From positions 6-64,005 of the forward strand of contig CAZYRH010000001.1 in the NCBI GenBank assembly GCA_964650395.1: a DNA stretch of 64,000 bases. Reading direction: 5' to 3'. Source of the stretch: an uncultured Ignavibacteriales bacterium (lineage in GTDB: Bacteria > Zixibacteria > MSB-5A5 > GN15 > FEB-12). The position numbers and the translations under genes were made by a program. Every line of letters starts with the position of its first letter. The first letter of the stretch is position 1. Positions 46,638 through 55,394 of this stretch are shown piece by piece. A model generated the notes under the pieces. That model saw only the letters and a list, made by a program, of their open reading frames with translations, searched no databases and was not told the origin of the DNA.

Positions 46638-47063
46638 GTGTCTTACATCAATAGGCAACGGAAGGATGGTGTAATCTTGCTGTGGGTCAAACGCCTCGTA
46701 CCCTTTATCTTGATGGTAGCCGTAGTACTTGGTTATTTTCTGTATCACGATATCAGCGCTAAGCGGCAGTATCAGCAGGTCCAAAGATATGCTCTTGTCA
46801 CCGCGCAAGTATGGATCGCAACCGCCAAATTCCGCAGCGAGCCGGAGCGGTTCATAGCCTACCGTGATTCGCTGCTGAAAGTCCACTCTCTGTCTGAAGA
46901 ACGTATGCAGAATTACCTTGAGCAGTACAAAAAGCACCCTGAGAGATACGACCTTTTCACAAGGCTGGTGAAGCAGTATGTGGATTCTTTATCTGCTATC
47001 AAAATTTTACCCTTGGAGGATAGCACTGCCACTAAAGCGGAAACAGCCAGAGTCACCAAGTGA
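46638..47063 (+). CDS. Hypothetical membrane-anchored protein
   Basis: One N-terminal TM helix (LVPFILMVAVVLGYFLY) followed by a helical soluble part. The start is uncertain: either the GTG at 46638, or the TTG at 46677 with GAAGGA upstream. Confidence 0.45.
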   Translation: MSYINRQRKDGVILLWVKRLVPFILMVAVVLGYFLYHDISAKRQYQQVQRYALVTAQVWIATAKFRSEPERFIAYRDSLLKVHSLSEERMQNYLEQYKKHPERYDLFTRLVKQYVDSLSAIKILPLEDSTATKAETARVTK

Positions 47064-47064
47064 C

Positions 47065-47547
47065 TCACTCGCTGGCCGGAAAAGCATTAGGGAAATATTC
47101 CAGCTTGCCATTGACGAAGGTAACTACGTCAAAACGCAGGTCGTATTTTTCGATTTTGTTGTCGATGAGATACTGCTGGGCGGCTTTAGTTAAATTGATG
47201 ATTTTTTTGTCATCGACGCGTTCGGCGGGATGCCCGAATTTGCGAGACGAAGCTGACTTAACTTCCACGAAGATGATAAGGGTGCCTTTTCTTACGATAA
47301 GATCAATCTCACGGTGTCCGGTTTGCCAGTTGCGCTGTAAAATCTCAAAACCGTTTTGTTCAAAGAATGATGCTGCCAGCCGTTCGTAACTTCTCCATGT
47401 TTCCTTTTTCGTAGGTGGTAGATGTCCGTATCTGTCCTTTTTCGTGGGCGGCAGATGTCCAGGTCTGCCCCTTTTGGATTTAACAGAACTCACCCGTTGG
47501 GGTGGGTGGCGGGTTGCATTGTGGTCGCCTTTCTTAGAGGAGGGCAT
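47065..47547 (-). CDS. yraN: YraN/UPF0102 family endonuclease-like protein with a repeat-derived N-terminal extension
   Basis: Core YERLAASFFEQNGFEILQRNW..GHREIDLIVRKG.LIIFVEVK...RFDVV. The only in-frame ATG is at 47547, overlapping the rnhB stop by 14 nt. Residues about 25-45 are encoded by the tandem repeat. Confidence 0.7.
   Translation of the reverse strand: MPSSKKGDHNATRHPPQRVSSVKSKRGRPGHLPPTKKDRYGHLPPTKKETWRSYERLAASFFEQNGFEILQRNWQTGHREIDLIVRKGTLIIFVEVKSASSRKFGHPAERVDDKKIINLTKAAQQYLIDNKIEKYDLRFDVVTFVNGKLEYFPNAFPASE
47404..47471. repeat. Two tandem 34-nt copies of the short variant of the structured repeat, inside the yraN reading frame
   Basis: CTTTTTCGTAGGTGGTAGATGTCCGTATCTGTCC followed by TTTTTCGTGGGCGGCAGATGTCCAGGTCTGCCCC. 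On the minus strand these translate as GHLPPTKK twice. Confidence 0.8.
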
Positions 47548-48214
47548 ATTCTTTGAGTAAGTCGGCCACCGGCTTAAATGACTTGCGGTGAATCTTGCAC
47601 GGGCCGTGCTCGCGCAATTCCTCCAGATGCGCCTGAGTGGGATACCCTTTGTGTTGGGAAAAGGAAAAGGAGGGATACAACGCTTCATAGCGGTCCATGA
47701 TTCGGTCGCGGGTGACTTTGGCAACAATTGAGGCCGCCGCTATACACCGGCAGCGTCGATCACCGCTGATTATAGCGAACTGGGGTTGTTCTATCTTGGG
47801 AATGGGATACTCACCATCGACCAAAACAAAATCAGGCGCTGGCTTCAAGTCCATAACCGCCTTGCGCATAGCCATAAGAGAGGCTTTCAGGATGTTCATC
47901 TTGTCGATGCTCTCGTTGTCCATGATACCAACAGCACAAGGGAGTCCCAGTTTAACGATCTCTTCAAAGAGTATCTCGCGACGTGTGGCGGACAACTTCT
48001 TGGAATCTGCCAGGCCCTCAAGCGTCGTGTTCGGCGGTAAGATAACAGCCGCCGCCACCACTGGCCCGGCCAGTGGTCCCCGACCCGCCTCGTCCACGCC
48101 GCAAACAGCCCGGTATCCTTTGTCAGCCACCATCTGTTCGATATAGTCGAAGTCGGAAATGATTTGGTCCATCCTAAGCTTGACTTTTCGCTTTACGTCT
48201 TCAAGTTGGCTCAT
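47534..48214 (-). CDS. rnhB: Ribonuclease HII
   Basis: GVDEAGRGPLAGPVV, and the DSK and SIVAK motifs. Confidence 0.9.
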   Translation of the reverse strand: MSQLEDVKRKVKLRMDQIISDFDYIEQMVADKGYRAVCGVDEAGRGPLAGPVVAAAVILPPNTTLEGLADSKKLSATRREILFEEIVKLGLPCAVGIMDNESIDKMNILKASLMAMRKAVMDLKPAPDFVLVDGEYPIPKIEQPQFAIISGDRRCRCIAAASIVAKVTRDRIMDRYEALYPSFSFSQHKGYPTQAHLEELREHGPCKIHRKSFKPVADLLKEYALL

Positions 48215-48326
48215 AAGAGTGCCTTAATCAACAAAATTATTGCTTATCTGTATTGTCGACCGGCCAAAAGGCTTTTCTTAGGTCTTTTGCTGGCTATATT
48301 GAAGTGTTCAAAACTGATGTGCAAAA

Positions 48327-48914
48327 ATGCGTGGTAAAAAACGCTCATTTTTTAGGTTCACTGTAGTTGCCGGGACGTTGAAAGGGAAAGTTATCACCGC
48401 CCCCGATCTCGGTATCACTCGCCCACCACTAACCCGCCTGCGACGGGCGATATTTGATTTCCTGATGCCGTACCTTGAATCCGCTCACTACCTCGATCTG
48501 TTCAGCGGCACCGGCTCGTATCTTTTTGAAGCGGTCTCACGCGGAGCACGTGAAGCGCTCGGAGTTGATATTGAAAAACGGCTGGCTGAGGCAATTAATA
48601 GACAGGCTGAAAGGCTGCACGTTGAAGACCACCTGCTATGCCTTTGCGATGATGTCTTCAAAGTTATTCCTCGTTTATCTTCTCAAAACCAGCGTTTCGA
48701 CATCATTATGATTGCCCCTCCGCAATATGCAGGGCTGATTGACAAGACGTTGCTGCTTTTGCAGAATAACCGCATTTTGAGCAAGGGCGGGTTGATAATC
48801 TGCCAGCATGATACGTCAGAAACTCCAACAATAGAGTTCGCAGGTTTTAAGATTGAACAGCGAAGAAAGTACGGAAATACTACTTTTACAGTTTGTACAT
48901 CGTTGAGCAGGTGA
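48327..48914 (+). CDS. rsmD: RsmD-like 16S rRNA (guanine-N2)-methyltransferase
   Basis: TRPPLTRLRRAIFDFL and DLFSGTGS (motif I). Motif IV reads IAPPQY rather than DPPY/F. Confidence 0.7.
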   Translation: MRGKKRSFFRFTVVAGTLKGKVITAPDLGITRPPLTRLRRAIFDFLMPYLESAHYLDLFSGTGSYLFEAVSRGAREALGVDIEKRLAEAINRQAERLHVEDHLLCLCDDVFKVIPRLSSQNQRFDIIMIAPPQYAGLIDKTLLLLQNNRILSKGGLIICQHDTSETPTIEFAGFKIEQRRKYGNTTFTVCTSLSR

Positions 48915-48934
48915 GTACAAATCATCGGGCATGT

Positions 48935-48974
48935 TAAAAAAACAGGGGAAAGGCTGAAAAGCGCTGACCCCTGT
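48935..48974 (-). terminator. Rho-independent terminator of 48994-49590 (possibly bidirectional)
   Basis: On the minus strand it reads ACAGGGG-N19-CCCCTGT followed by T7. It lies 20 nt after the stop. Confidence 0.55.
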
Positions 48975-48993
48975 TCTTAGCGTTATACTCGTA

Positions 48994-49590
48994 TTACTTC
49001 AACAGTACCATCTTCTTGACTTCTACGAAGTGTTCGGCTTCAAGTCGATAGAAGTAGACACCGCTGGCTACACGACTGCTCGACTCATCCCGGCCATCCC
49101 ACACTGTCTGGTAGGTTCCTTGAGACATAGGTTGATCGACCAAAGTGACTACCCTTTGTCCAAGCAGGTTGTAGACCGAGACTTCTACCTGACTTCGACT
49201 GGGAACGGTAAACTCGATCACCGTGGACGGGTTGAACGGGTTTGGATAATTCTGCGAAAGACTGAATGTTAAGGGTAACTCGCCTGAGGGCATTTCTTGC
49301 ACATCGGTAGGTGCCGTCACACCCTGCTGCCAGAAGCCGAAGTTCACCTGAAAGTTCGCCGAGTGGCAAACGCCGCTCACCGGCTGGCCGCAGGAAAGTC
49401 CCGACGCGAAGTTGGTCGAGGACTGCTCCGTCGCTCCTCCGGTGTTGATCGACAGCCAGGGCAGCTGGTACTGGGCAGGAGAACCTGCCACATTCGCTGT
49501 CGCCGGTGATTTATTGTTTTCCGCCAGACTCACGCTGGAAACAAGACAGAGCGTGAGAGCTAAGGCGCAGATTAATAATCGCAATTTCAT
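48994..49590 (-). CDS. Small secreted protein with a T9SS C-terminal sorting domain
   Basis: The ATG at 49590 opens a signal peptide (MKLRLLICALALTLCLVSSVSLA). The CTD is NYPNPFNPST...GVYFYRLEA...KMVLLK. Confidence 0.75.
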   Translation of the reverse strand: MKLRLLICALALTLCLVSSVSLAENNKSPATANVAGSPAQYQLPWLSINTGGATEQSSTNFASGLSCGQPVSGVCHSANFQVNFGFWQQGVTAPTDVQEMPSGELPLTFSLSQNYPNPFNPSTVIEFTVPSRSQVEVSVYNLLGQRVVTLVDQPMSQGTYQTVWDGRDESSSRVASGVYFYRLEAEHFVEVKKMVLLK

Positions 49591-49621
49591 TGTCGCTTTC
49601 CTCGCTTTCGTTTTGCAACTC

Positions 49622-50764
49622 TCACGGGCTGTCAAATATGTAAACAATAAGCTTCCCTGAGATGCTATTGGTTACCGGTATGTACGGAGCAGACGCCATA
49701 GGAGTAACAACCGTTGCATAGTCCCAGCAGAGGTAGCTTTCTCCGGTTATTGTAATTTCATACCTGTCACTAGTAGCGTTCCAAGCACACGAGAAGTTCC
49801 CTGTCCCCGACTTAATAGTCCCATCATCCTGGATCATGCCGTAGGCGATGACGCCCGAGCCCGGCTTGTAGGTAACAAAACTGAAGTGACTTTGAACCTT
49901 TGTGTGTGAAGCGGCAGTAGTCTGCACTGTTCCATCAGGAAATTTGAAGCCGCCGGAGGTTGATTCAATGGTGCTATCGGCCTGGACATAACCGTCATTG
50001 CTAATCGAAAAGCGCAGATTGGGTCCGGGAGTATTGTATAGCTCGAGCAGGTTGCCTGAGCTGGCATAGCCGGTGATCGCCGGGCCGGTTCCCTGATTCT
50101 GGCCCTTTATACCAGGCCCGGAACCGTCATTCCTGCCCATGATGGCAGCATTGGAATTACTGTTAATTCCAAGCACCGCATGCCAGGTATCACTGTATGC
50201 ATACAGCCCAGCTGCGGCCCCGGTGCCACCATTGCTGAAAGCTTGAACGGCGGTGCCGTTGGATTCCACGACGTGAAGTCTGGCTGAGGGACTAGCCGTT
50301 CCGATCCCAACACTGTCAGTGCTGGTTTCCAGTCTCACAATATTGCCATCATCAGCCCAACCGCCACCGACAGCAGCGCCTGACGAGCGAAAGGAATAGG
50401 GGGCAGTGGTGAGCCGCTGACGGGGCGTCATCTCCGGGTCGGTATGTACCTTAATCCCCAACCATAACTCGGTACTGTCAAACAGCGAAGCAGGAAGAGT
50501 AACGTTTTCGCCAAGGCCAATACTGAACAGGCCGTCGCTTGCCTCGACCGTGTCTGGTTCTTGCCACAAGACGCTTCCTCCGCTGGCTGCTGTGTAGATG
50601 GTGAACACCACCGGGTACAAGCCATCCGTCACCGGATCGCCGACAGCGTCGGTCAGCTTACCCTGGACGTTGATGAGCTGAGGCACGTCGGCGGCGCCGG
50701 CCGGAGAGGTCATGGCCAGACACAGAAGCACCAGTGAGCACATGAGCGTTAAAGAAGCTTTCAT
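49622..50764 (-). CDS. Secreted tail-fibre-like repeat protein
   Basis: Signal peptide followed by INVQGKLTDAVGDPVTDGLYPVVFTIY..ASGGSVLWQE, VGIGTASPSARLHV and FKFPDGTVQTTAA. These motifs recur in fibre-like surface proteins. SD GGAGGA lies upstream. Confidence 0.55.
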   Translation of the reverse strand: MKASLTLMCSLVLLCLAMTSPAGAADVPQLINVQGKLTDAVGDPVTDGLYPVVFTIYTAASGGSVLWQEPDTVEASDGLFSIGLGENVTLPASLFDSTELWLGIKVHTDPEMTPRQRLTTAPYSFRSSGAAVGGGWADDGNIVRLETSTDSVGIGTASPSARLHVVESNGTAVQAFSNGGTGAAAGLYAYSDTWHAVLGINSNSNAAIMGRNDGSGPGIKGQNQGTGPAITGYASSGNLLELYNTPGPNLRFSISNDGYVQADSTIESTSGGFKFPDGTVQTTAASHTKVQSHFSFVTYKPGSGVIAYGMIQDDGTIKSGTGNFSCAWNATSDRYEITITGESYLCWDYATVVTPMASAPYIPVTNSISGKLIVYIFDSP

Positions 50765-51170
50765 ATGGAATCCTCCATAAGCTTAAGGTTAATAGGTTTA
50801 TTACTTTTGAGTTTTTGTCTAAGGGTACAAAAGACCGCAATATTGGCATCTAATATCTTTAAGCGTATTTTCAAGGACTGCATGTATATCCTATAAGCGA
50901 TGCAGCACGTCTTTGCGTATCTGCTTACAAAATGAAAACCTGCACTTTTCACTTTCGTTGTCCTCAAACCAACAGAGCTTAGATGTTCGCTCTCCTCCAT
51001 CAAACATGGTGCACTAACCCTCAATAGTGCGAAAAACGTACTGTCAAGGCAACTTAAAAAGTGAATTTGGACAGAAGTTATATCTTAATGGCGATAAGAC
51101 GAAACAATTAAGCAGAATTGTGGGGCACAATTCCTGTGACAGTTGCGCGTGAGCGTGAAATGCATGAATT

Positions 51171-51197
51171 GGCAGGAGTTGGGGACTCCTGTCCTAC
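51171..51197 (-). repeat. REP-like hairpin (copy 2)
   Basis: GGCAGGAGTTGGGGACTCCTGTCCTAC. It lies 17 nt after the stop of the 736-aa gene. Confidence 0.75.
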
Positions 51198-51214
51198 GGG
51201 ACCTATATTTGGCT

Positions 51215-53425
51215 CTAGAAAGCCGCTAAACCAAATATTGTCGCAACGAATAAACCAGCCAACGGTAGCCATTGCTTCCAATGTTTGTTGGCCGGGTAGC
51301 ATAGAAGTAGGGAGAGAATTGCCAATTCACCTGCTACGCTGATCAGTATCCGGTTCGGATGAGCCAATAACGAGGGCCACGATAGGAAGATGTCATGCCT
51401 CCACCAAACAAAGCTGAGGATTACAGCTGCTGCAATGAAGATGCCCCATTTCTTTATGGAGGTTTTGTATTCTCTAAATCGTGTCTGCAGGTCCTCCTGG
51501 CTTTTTCCAAACTGTGTCTCGAGGTTCTTTTTTTCAGATTTCAGGGTTTTAACGAGGCCTTCTAATTCCTCGGCCTTTGAAGCCACAACACTCTTGTTTT
51601 CTGCAGTGGTTTCCAAGTTATCTTTGACAATCTGAATTTCCTTCTCCTGAAGTTCGTAGTTTTTTTCAAGATCACCGAATTTATGTTCCAGCTCCTTTCC
51701 CCTATTTCTTTCTACGTCGATCTGTTTCTCCAAAGTTTTAATTTGAGACAGGTAAGTCGCAGCTACATCAACAACTTTACTTTCAATCTTTTCCTGCTTT
51801 TCGGCTTCGTCTGTTTCCAATGCCATGCTTACCATAAAGTGCGTGTCGGTGGCAACTTTGAGGGCAAGTTCAGGATTCATGCTCTGGTATCGATTGAGAC
51901 GTCCGAGTACCTCGTTATAAGCCTTTTCCAGTGAAAATGAAGACGTTATAGTCCTCAAGAAAGGCTGAGTGACTAACACATGGAAAGACTCTTCGTATTC
52001 CTTTTCATTGCTCGTTCTTGCGAGAAGTGGACGGTTTATCTGCACCCATTGATCGGTGGTAATACAAAATGGTAAATATCCCTTCCCCCTCCTTGCTACC
52101 CTTCCATAAACCGGTAGCTTGCTGTCGTGCGTTAAAAACCATGCTATGGCATCCCCAAAATTAAATTTTGGCCCCTTTCTCACTTTGTTAATAAATATTC
52201 TGTGGAAAGCATCGTGCTCAAGAACACTTTCATGTATCTCTCCTTTGACTACAGTTTGCAGGACGCTTTCCTCGTCCAGAAGCTCTTGTGATTCCTCAAT
52301 GTCTTTCCTGTGCTTGTTTGTTTTCTCAATATCCAACCCATCAAGGATGGACTCTATGTGTGACCTATCCGCTATGAACTCATCTATAGTTGTTCTATTT
52401 TTTGCGAGTTCTTTCCAGTACGAAGTCACGAAGCTGTCTTCTTCCAAATTATCTATCGCGATTCTCGCCAATTCAGCCGGAAGCGTGGGCTTCTGTTTTA
52501 GCTCCTTCTTTTGCCACCTTAACGATTCTTGGAACTCATCGACGGTTTTTGTCGTCACCCATAAGTCGTATCCCAATTCCCCTGCAAATTTCAGCATACT
52601 ATGAACTGATTGGAGCATATCAGCACCGTGAAAGCCGACAAGGCTATACAATATATTGTTGTCAAGATAAAGTCTTTGGCCCGTTATGACTTTTCGTAAC
52701 AGTTTTGAGCACTTCTCATCGACCTGTATCAGATGCCAGAAGAAACTACTATTGAAAAGACTTGAAATATAATCCCTTCTTTGATTATCGGGATTCTTGA
52801 AGAAGCGAGGTATTTCTAACCGGACAATTGCATCAGTAAAGGAATCGATTGATGGTAGTTCTTCCAGAATGATTTTCTCTGATTCTGTCAACCAAGCTTG
52901 GGCTTTATTATCTTCTGGGTATAATAAAGCGACACTTTCGGTACCGTGCTTCTTAAGCATCTTAGAGGTAAAAACATGCAGGTTATCAACAATACAATCT
53001 ATTTTATCAATCACTGAGCGATTCCCTTTATACCTTTCAGAAAGCTCCATTTTCCATTCCTCAAGCACTTCATTTTCTCTATTTTGCACTTCCAGACAGT
53101 TACCGGTAATTGTATGTTCCGTTTCGGGTAGAATTTCAAGGCGGGGCCTTTCGAATCTTTCACCTTCCTTATAAATAATCAAATTCCGTCCACCTAAACG
53201 TTTTCCAGATGCATTTATTTCAGGCTCTTCAAAGTCAAGATGAAATGTCCCTTTCAAATGCCTCTTTACGTCAACTGCTGTCGCTTTTAGTCCTCCAAGC
53301 GCAGCCAAAGAGTCCAAAACAAGATAGTCTAGGACTTGATTTCCATACTCATCCTGGCAAGTGGGGTTAAAATGCGCTAACCTGCATATCGCTTGCTTAA
53401 CGTCGTCTTGTTGTTCAAGAGTCAT
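51215..53425 (-). CDS. Orphan 736-aa protein: N-terminal domain, PIN-like core, coiled coil, three C-terminal TM helices
   Basis: A long uninterrupted ORF with the SD AGGAGGTG 6 nt before the ATG. See the findings for the architecture. I recognise no family. Confidence 0.8.
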   Translation of the reverse strand: MTLEQQDDVKQAICRLAHFNPTCQDEYGNQVLDYLVLDSLAALGGLKATAVDVKRHLKGTFHLDFEEPEINASGKRLGGRNLIIYKEGERFERPRLEILPETEHTITGNCLEVQNRENEVLEEWKMELSERYKGNRSVIDKIDCIVDNLHVFTSKMLKKHGTESVALLYPEDNKAQAWLTESEKIILEELPSIDSFTDAIVRLEIPRFFKNPDNQRRDYISSLFNSSFFWHLIQVDEKCSKLLRKVITGQRLYLDNNILYSLVGFHGADMLQSVHSMLKFAGELGYDLWVTTKTVDEFQESLRWQKKELKQKPTLPAELARIAIDNLEEDSFVTSYWKELAKNRTTIDEFIADRSHIESILDGLDIEKTNKHRKDIEESQELLDEESVLQTVVKGEIHESVLEHDAFHRIFINKVRKGPKFNFGDAIAWFLTHDSKLPVYGRVARRGKGYLPFCITTDQWVQINRPLLARTSNEKEYEESFHVLVTQPFLRTITSSFSLEKAYNEVLGRLNRYQSMNPELALKVATDTHFMVSMALETDEAEKQEKIESKVVDVAATYLSQIKTLEKQIDVERNRGKELEHKFGDLEKNYELQEKEIQIVKDNLETTAENKSVVASKAEELEGLVKTLKSEKKNLETQFGKSQEDLQTRFREYKTSIKKWGIFIAAAVILSFVWWRHDIFLSWPSLLAHPNRILISVAGELAILSLLLCYPANKHWKQWLPLAGLFVATIFGLAAF

Positions 53426-53604
53426 GTTTACACCTCCTGTGCATTTTGTATTCTGGTTGAAAATATACTTCTCCAGAGATCATTTCAAGCAGTTTAAAAA
53501 CCACAAGTGATGTACTCATTTTCAAGTGGTGTGCGGTATGCCATCCCAAATGAAACATATGCTTCTTCGAGCTTGTATGGCAATTGGTAGCGTAATGCCA
53601 CAAC

Positions 53605-53634
53605 ACAAAAAAGCGCCCTCGATCTGGGGCGCTT
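53605..53634 (-). terminator. Rho-independent terminator of the rplS operon
   Basis: On the minus strand it reads AGCGCCC-cagatcga-GGGCGCT followed by TTTTT. It lies 20 nt after the rplS stop. Confidence 0.7.
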
Positions 53635-53655
53635 TCCTGTAAGTAGTCGATTTGA

Positions 53656-54066
53656 TTAGTCAGCTGACGACTCTTCTTCGGCGTTTTTTTCCTTAAGCTT
53701 GGCGGCGTTGGTCTTGTTCGTCTCGGCAAATTGTTCCTTGATGCGAGCCGATTTGCCGGTGAGGTTGCGTAGATAGTACAGCTTCTTGCGCCGTACCGAG
53801 CCTGAGCGGACTTTTTCGATTTTGGCAATGTTGGGTGAACACAGAGGGAACACCCGCTCCACACCGATGCCGGAAGATGTCTTGCGCACTGTAAAAGAGG
53901 CGCCAGTGCCGCTGCCACGGCGGCTGATAACCGTCCCCTGAAAGACCTGTATTCTCTCTTTGTCTCCCTCTATAATTTTCACATGTACACGCAGGGTATC
54001 GCCTGAACCGAACTCGGGGTAATCGTCCCGCATGTAGCTTTTTTCAATCTGGGCTATACGTTTCAT
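53656..54066 (-). CDS. rplS: 50S ribosomal protein L19
   Basis: [29 protein letters not shown], plus a Lys/Glu-rich C-terminal tail. Confidence 0.95.
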   Translation of the reverse strand: MKRIAQIEKSYMRDDYPEFGSGDTLRVHVKIIEGDKERIQVFQGTVISRRGSGTGASFTVRKTSSGIGVERVFPLCSPNIAKIEKVRSGSVRRKKLYYLRNLTGKSARIKEQFAETNKTNAAKLKEKNAEEESSAD

Positions 54067-54084
54067 GATCTGTTCCTTTCCGAT

Positions 54085-54849
54085 TCAGTCAATATCAACA
54101 GTTGGGTCAAGTTGTTTTATCTGTTTTATCTCTTCCTCAGTCATGTCCGCCGTTTTCAATAGGACGGGTCGGTTTTTCAAGCATTTCTTGATCGCTTCCC
54201 CGCGCCGGTATTTCTCAATTTCCTTATGGTTGCCCGACAGCAGTGTTGCCGGGACCTCTAATCCCTTATATGTGGCAGGTTTGGTATAACAAGGTGCACC
54301 AAGCATCGGTTCCATGTACGAATCTTTCAGGGCCGACTCAAAATTGCCGAGTACCTTTGGAATCAACCTGACCACCGCGTCAACAATGACGGCCGCTGCC
54401 GGCTCGCCACCGGTCAGAACATAGTCACCAATCGATACTTCGTCAATATCGTACAATTGAACAACCCTTTCATCCACTCCTAAGTAGTGACCGCAGATGA
54501 TGGTCAGCCGCTCGCAGAGTGAATACGTTATAGCCCTCTCCTGGTCAAACCTAATGCCTGCTGCCGAGGTTAGGATAATCTTCTCATTATCTTTGCCTCT
54601 CTGGTTGCCGTTTCGACGGCTATATCGGAGTTCCTGCAAGCAGCGGTCAATCGGCTCGACCTTCATAACCATGCCGCCGCCGCCGCCGAACGGGGTGTCA
54701 TCGACTGTACGATGGCGGTCGGTGGCAAAGTCACGAAGATTTATTATGTTGATTTCAAAGAGCTTCTTTTCCAAAGCTTTTCCCAGAAGAGACTGCTGTA
54801 GCGAAAGGCTGAAGTAATCCGGGAAAAGCGTGACAATTTCAAATTTCAT
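54085..54849 (-). CDS. trmD: tRNA (guanine37-N1)-methyltransferase
   Basis: VDDTPFGGGGGMVMK, GHYLGVDERV and VLTGGEPAA. Confidence 0.95.
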   Translation of the reverse strand: MKFEIVTLFPDYFSLSLQQSLLGKALEKKLFEINIINLRDFATDRHRTVDDTPFGGGGGMVMKVEPIDRCLQELRYSRRNGNQRGKDNEKIILTSAAGIRFDQERAITYSLCERLTIICGHYLGVDERVVQLYDIDEVSIGDYVLTGGEPAAAVIVDAVVRLIPKVLGNFESALKDSYMEPMLGAPCYTKPATYKGLEVPATLLSGNHKEIEKYRRGEAIKKCLKNRPVLLKTADMTEEEIKQIKQLDPTVDID

Positions 54850-54863
54850 CAGCTACCACCGGT

Positions 54864-55391
54864 TCAGACCTCTTGATCTTCTAACCATCCGGTTGTGACG
54901 ATAGTAATTTCTCGCTTTTTCATATCCACTTTCTTGACAAACTGTTTCACAACCGGACAACGAACCTCCTTCCCTGAGGTTGTGTCAATCACGTACACAT
55001 CGTTAGCCGGATATCGTTCTACTTCCGTCACGAGGCCGATTAAGCGATTCGAACCTTCCTCCATCACCCGGCACCCGATAAGGTCAAAAATAAAGTAGGT
55101 GCCTCTGGGCAAAGCCACAATTTGGCTTTTTGGTACGGCCAATAGCCGGTTAGTCATACGTGCCGCCTCTTGAGGCGTCGTTATTTCCTCAAAACGTATG
55201 ACCGGTCGACCGGAAATCAACTGACTGGAGATAATGTTGAACTTATCCCAGCGTTGACGATCTCTTACGTAAATCTCTTTTAGGCCGACGAAACGCTCAG
55301 GAAAGTCCGTGTCTGGAGTGACATAGATTTCTCCGTGCACACCCCGGGGTCGCCCTAATTTGCCGACAATCACATACGTCTCAGAGGACAC
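54864..55391 (-). CDS. rimM: 16S rRNA processing protein RimM
   Basis: VGKLGRPRGVHGEIYV, a PRC barrel, and its position between the KH gene and trmD. Confidence 0.9.
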   Translation of the reverse strand: MSSETYVIVGKLGRPRGVHGEIYVTPDTDFPERFVGLKEIYVRDRQRWDKFNIISSQLISGRPVIRFEEITTPQEAARMTNRLLAVPKSQIVALPRGTYFIFDLIGCRVMEEGSNRLIGLVTEVERYPANDVYVIDTTSGKEVRCPVVKQFVKKVDMKKREITIVTTGWLEDQEV

Positions 55392-55394
55392 AGG

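Noticed and set aside
46437-46937. 166-aa minus-strand ORF spanning the ispG 5' end and the opposite-strand hypothetical gene
   Set aside because: It overlaps the well-supported ispG in another frame. No motif or SD supports it.
47404-47471. Possible CRISPR-like or tandem-repeat array
   Set aside because: It has only two directly abutting 34-nt units with no spacers, and they belong to the dispersed hairpin family. Nothing in the window has repeat-spacer periodicity.
50761-51024. 87-aa minus-strand ORF in the gap between the fibre-like gene and the 736-aa gene
   Set aside because: It starts inside an AT-rich promoter-like region, overlaps the start of the fibre-like gene at 50764, and has no SD and a low-complexity composition.
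53415-53918. 167-aa minus-strand ORF overlapping rplS
   Set aside because: It is out of frame with the unmistakable L19 gene and spans its terminator. Its Arg/Ser/Pro-rich composition is typical of an off-frame translation.
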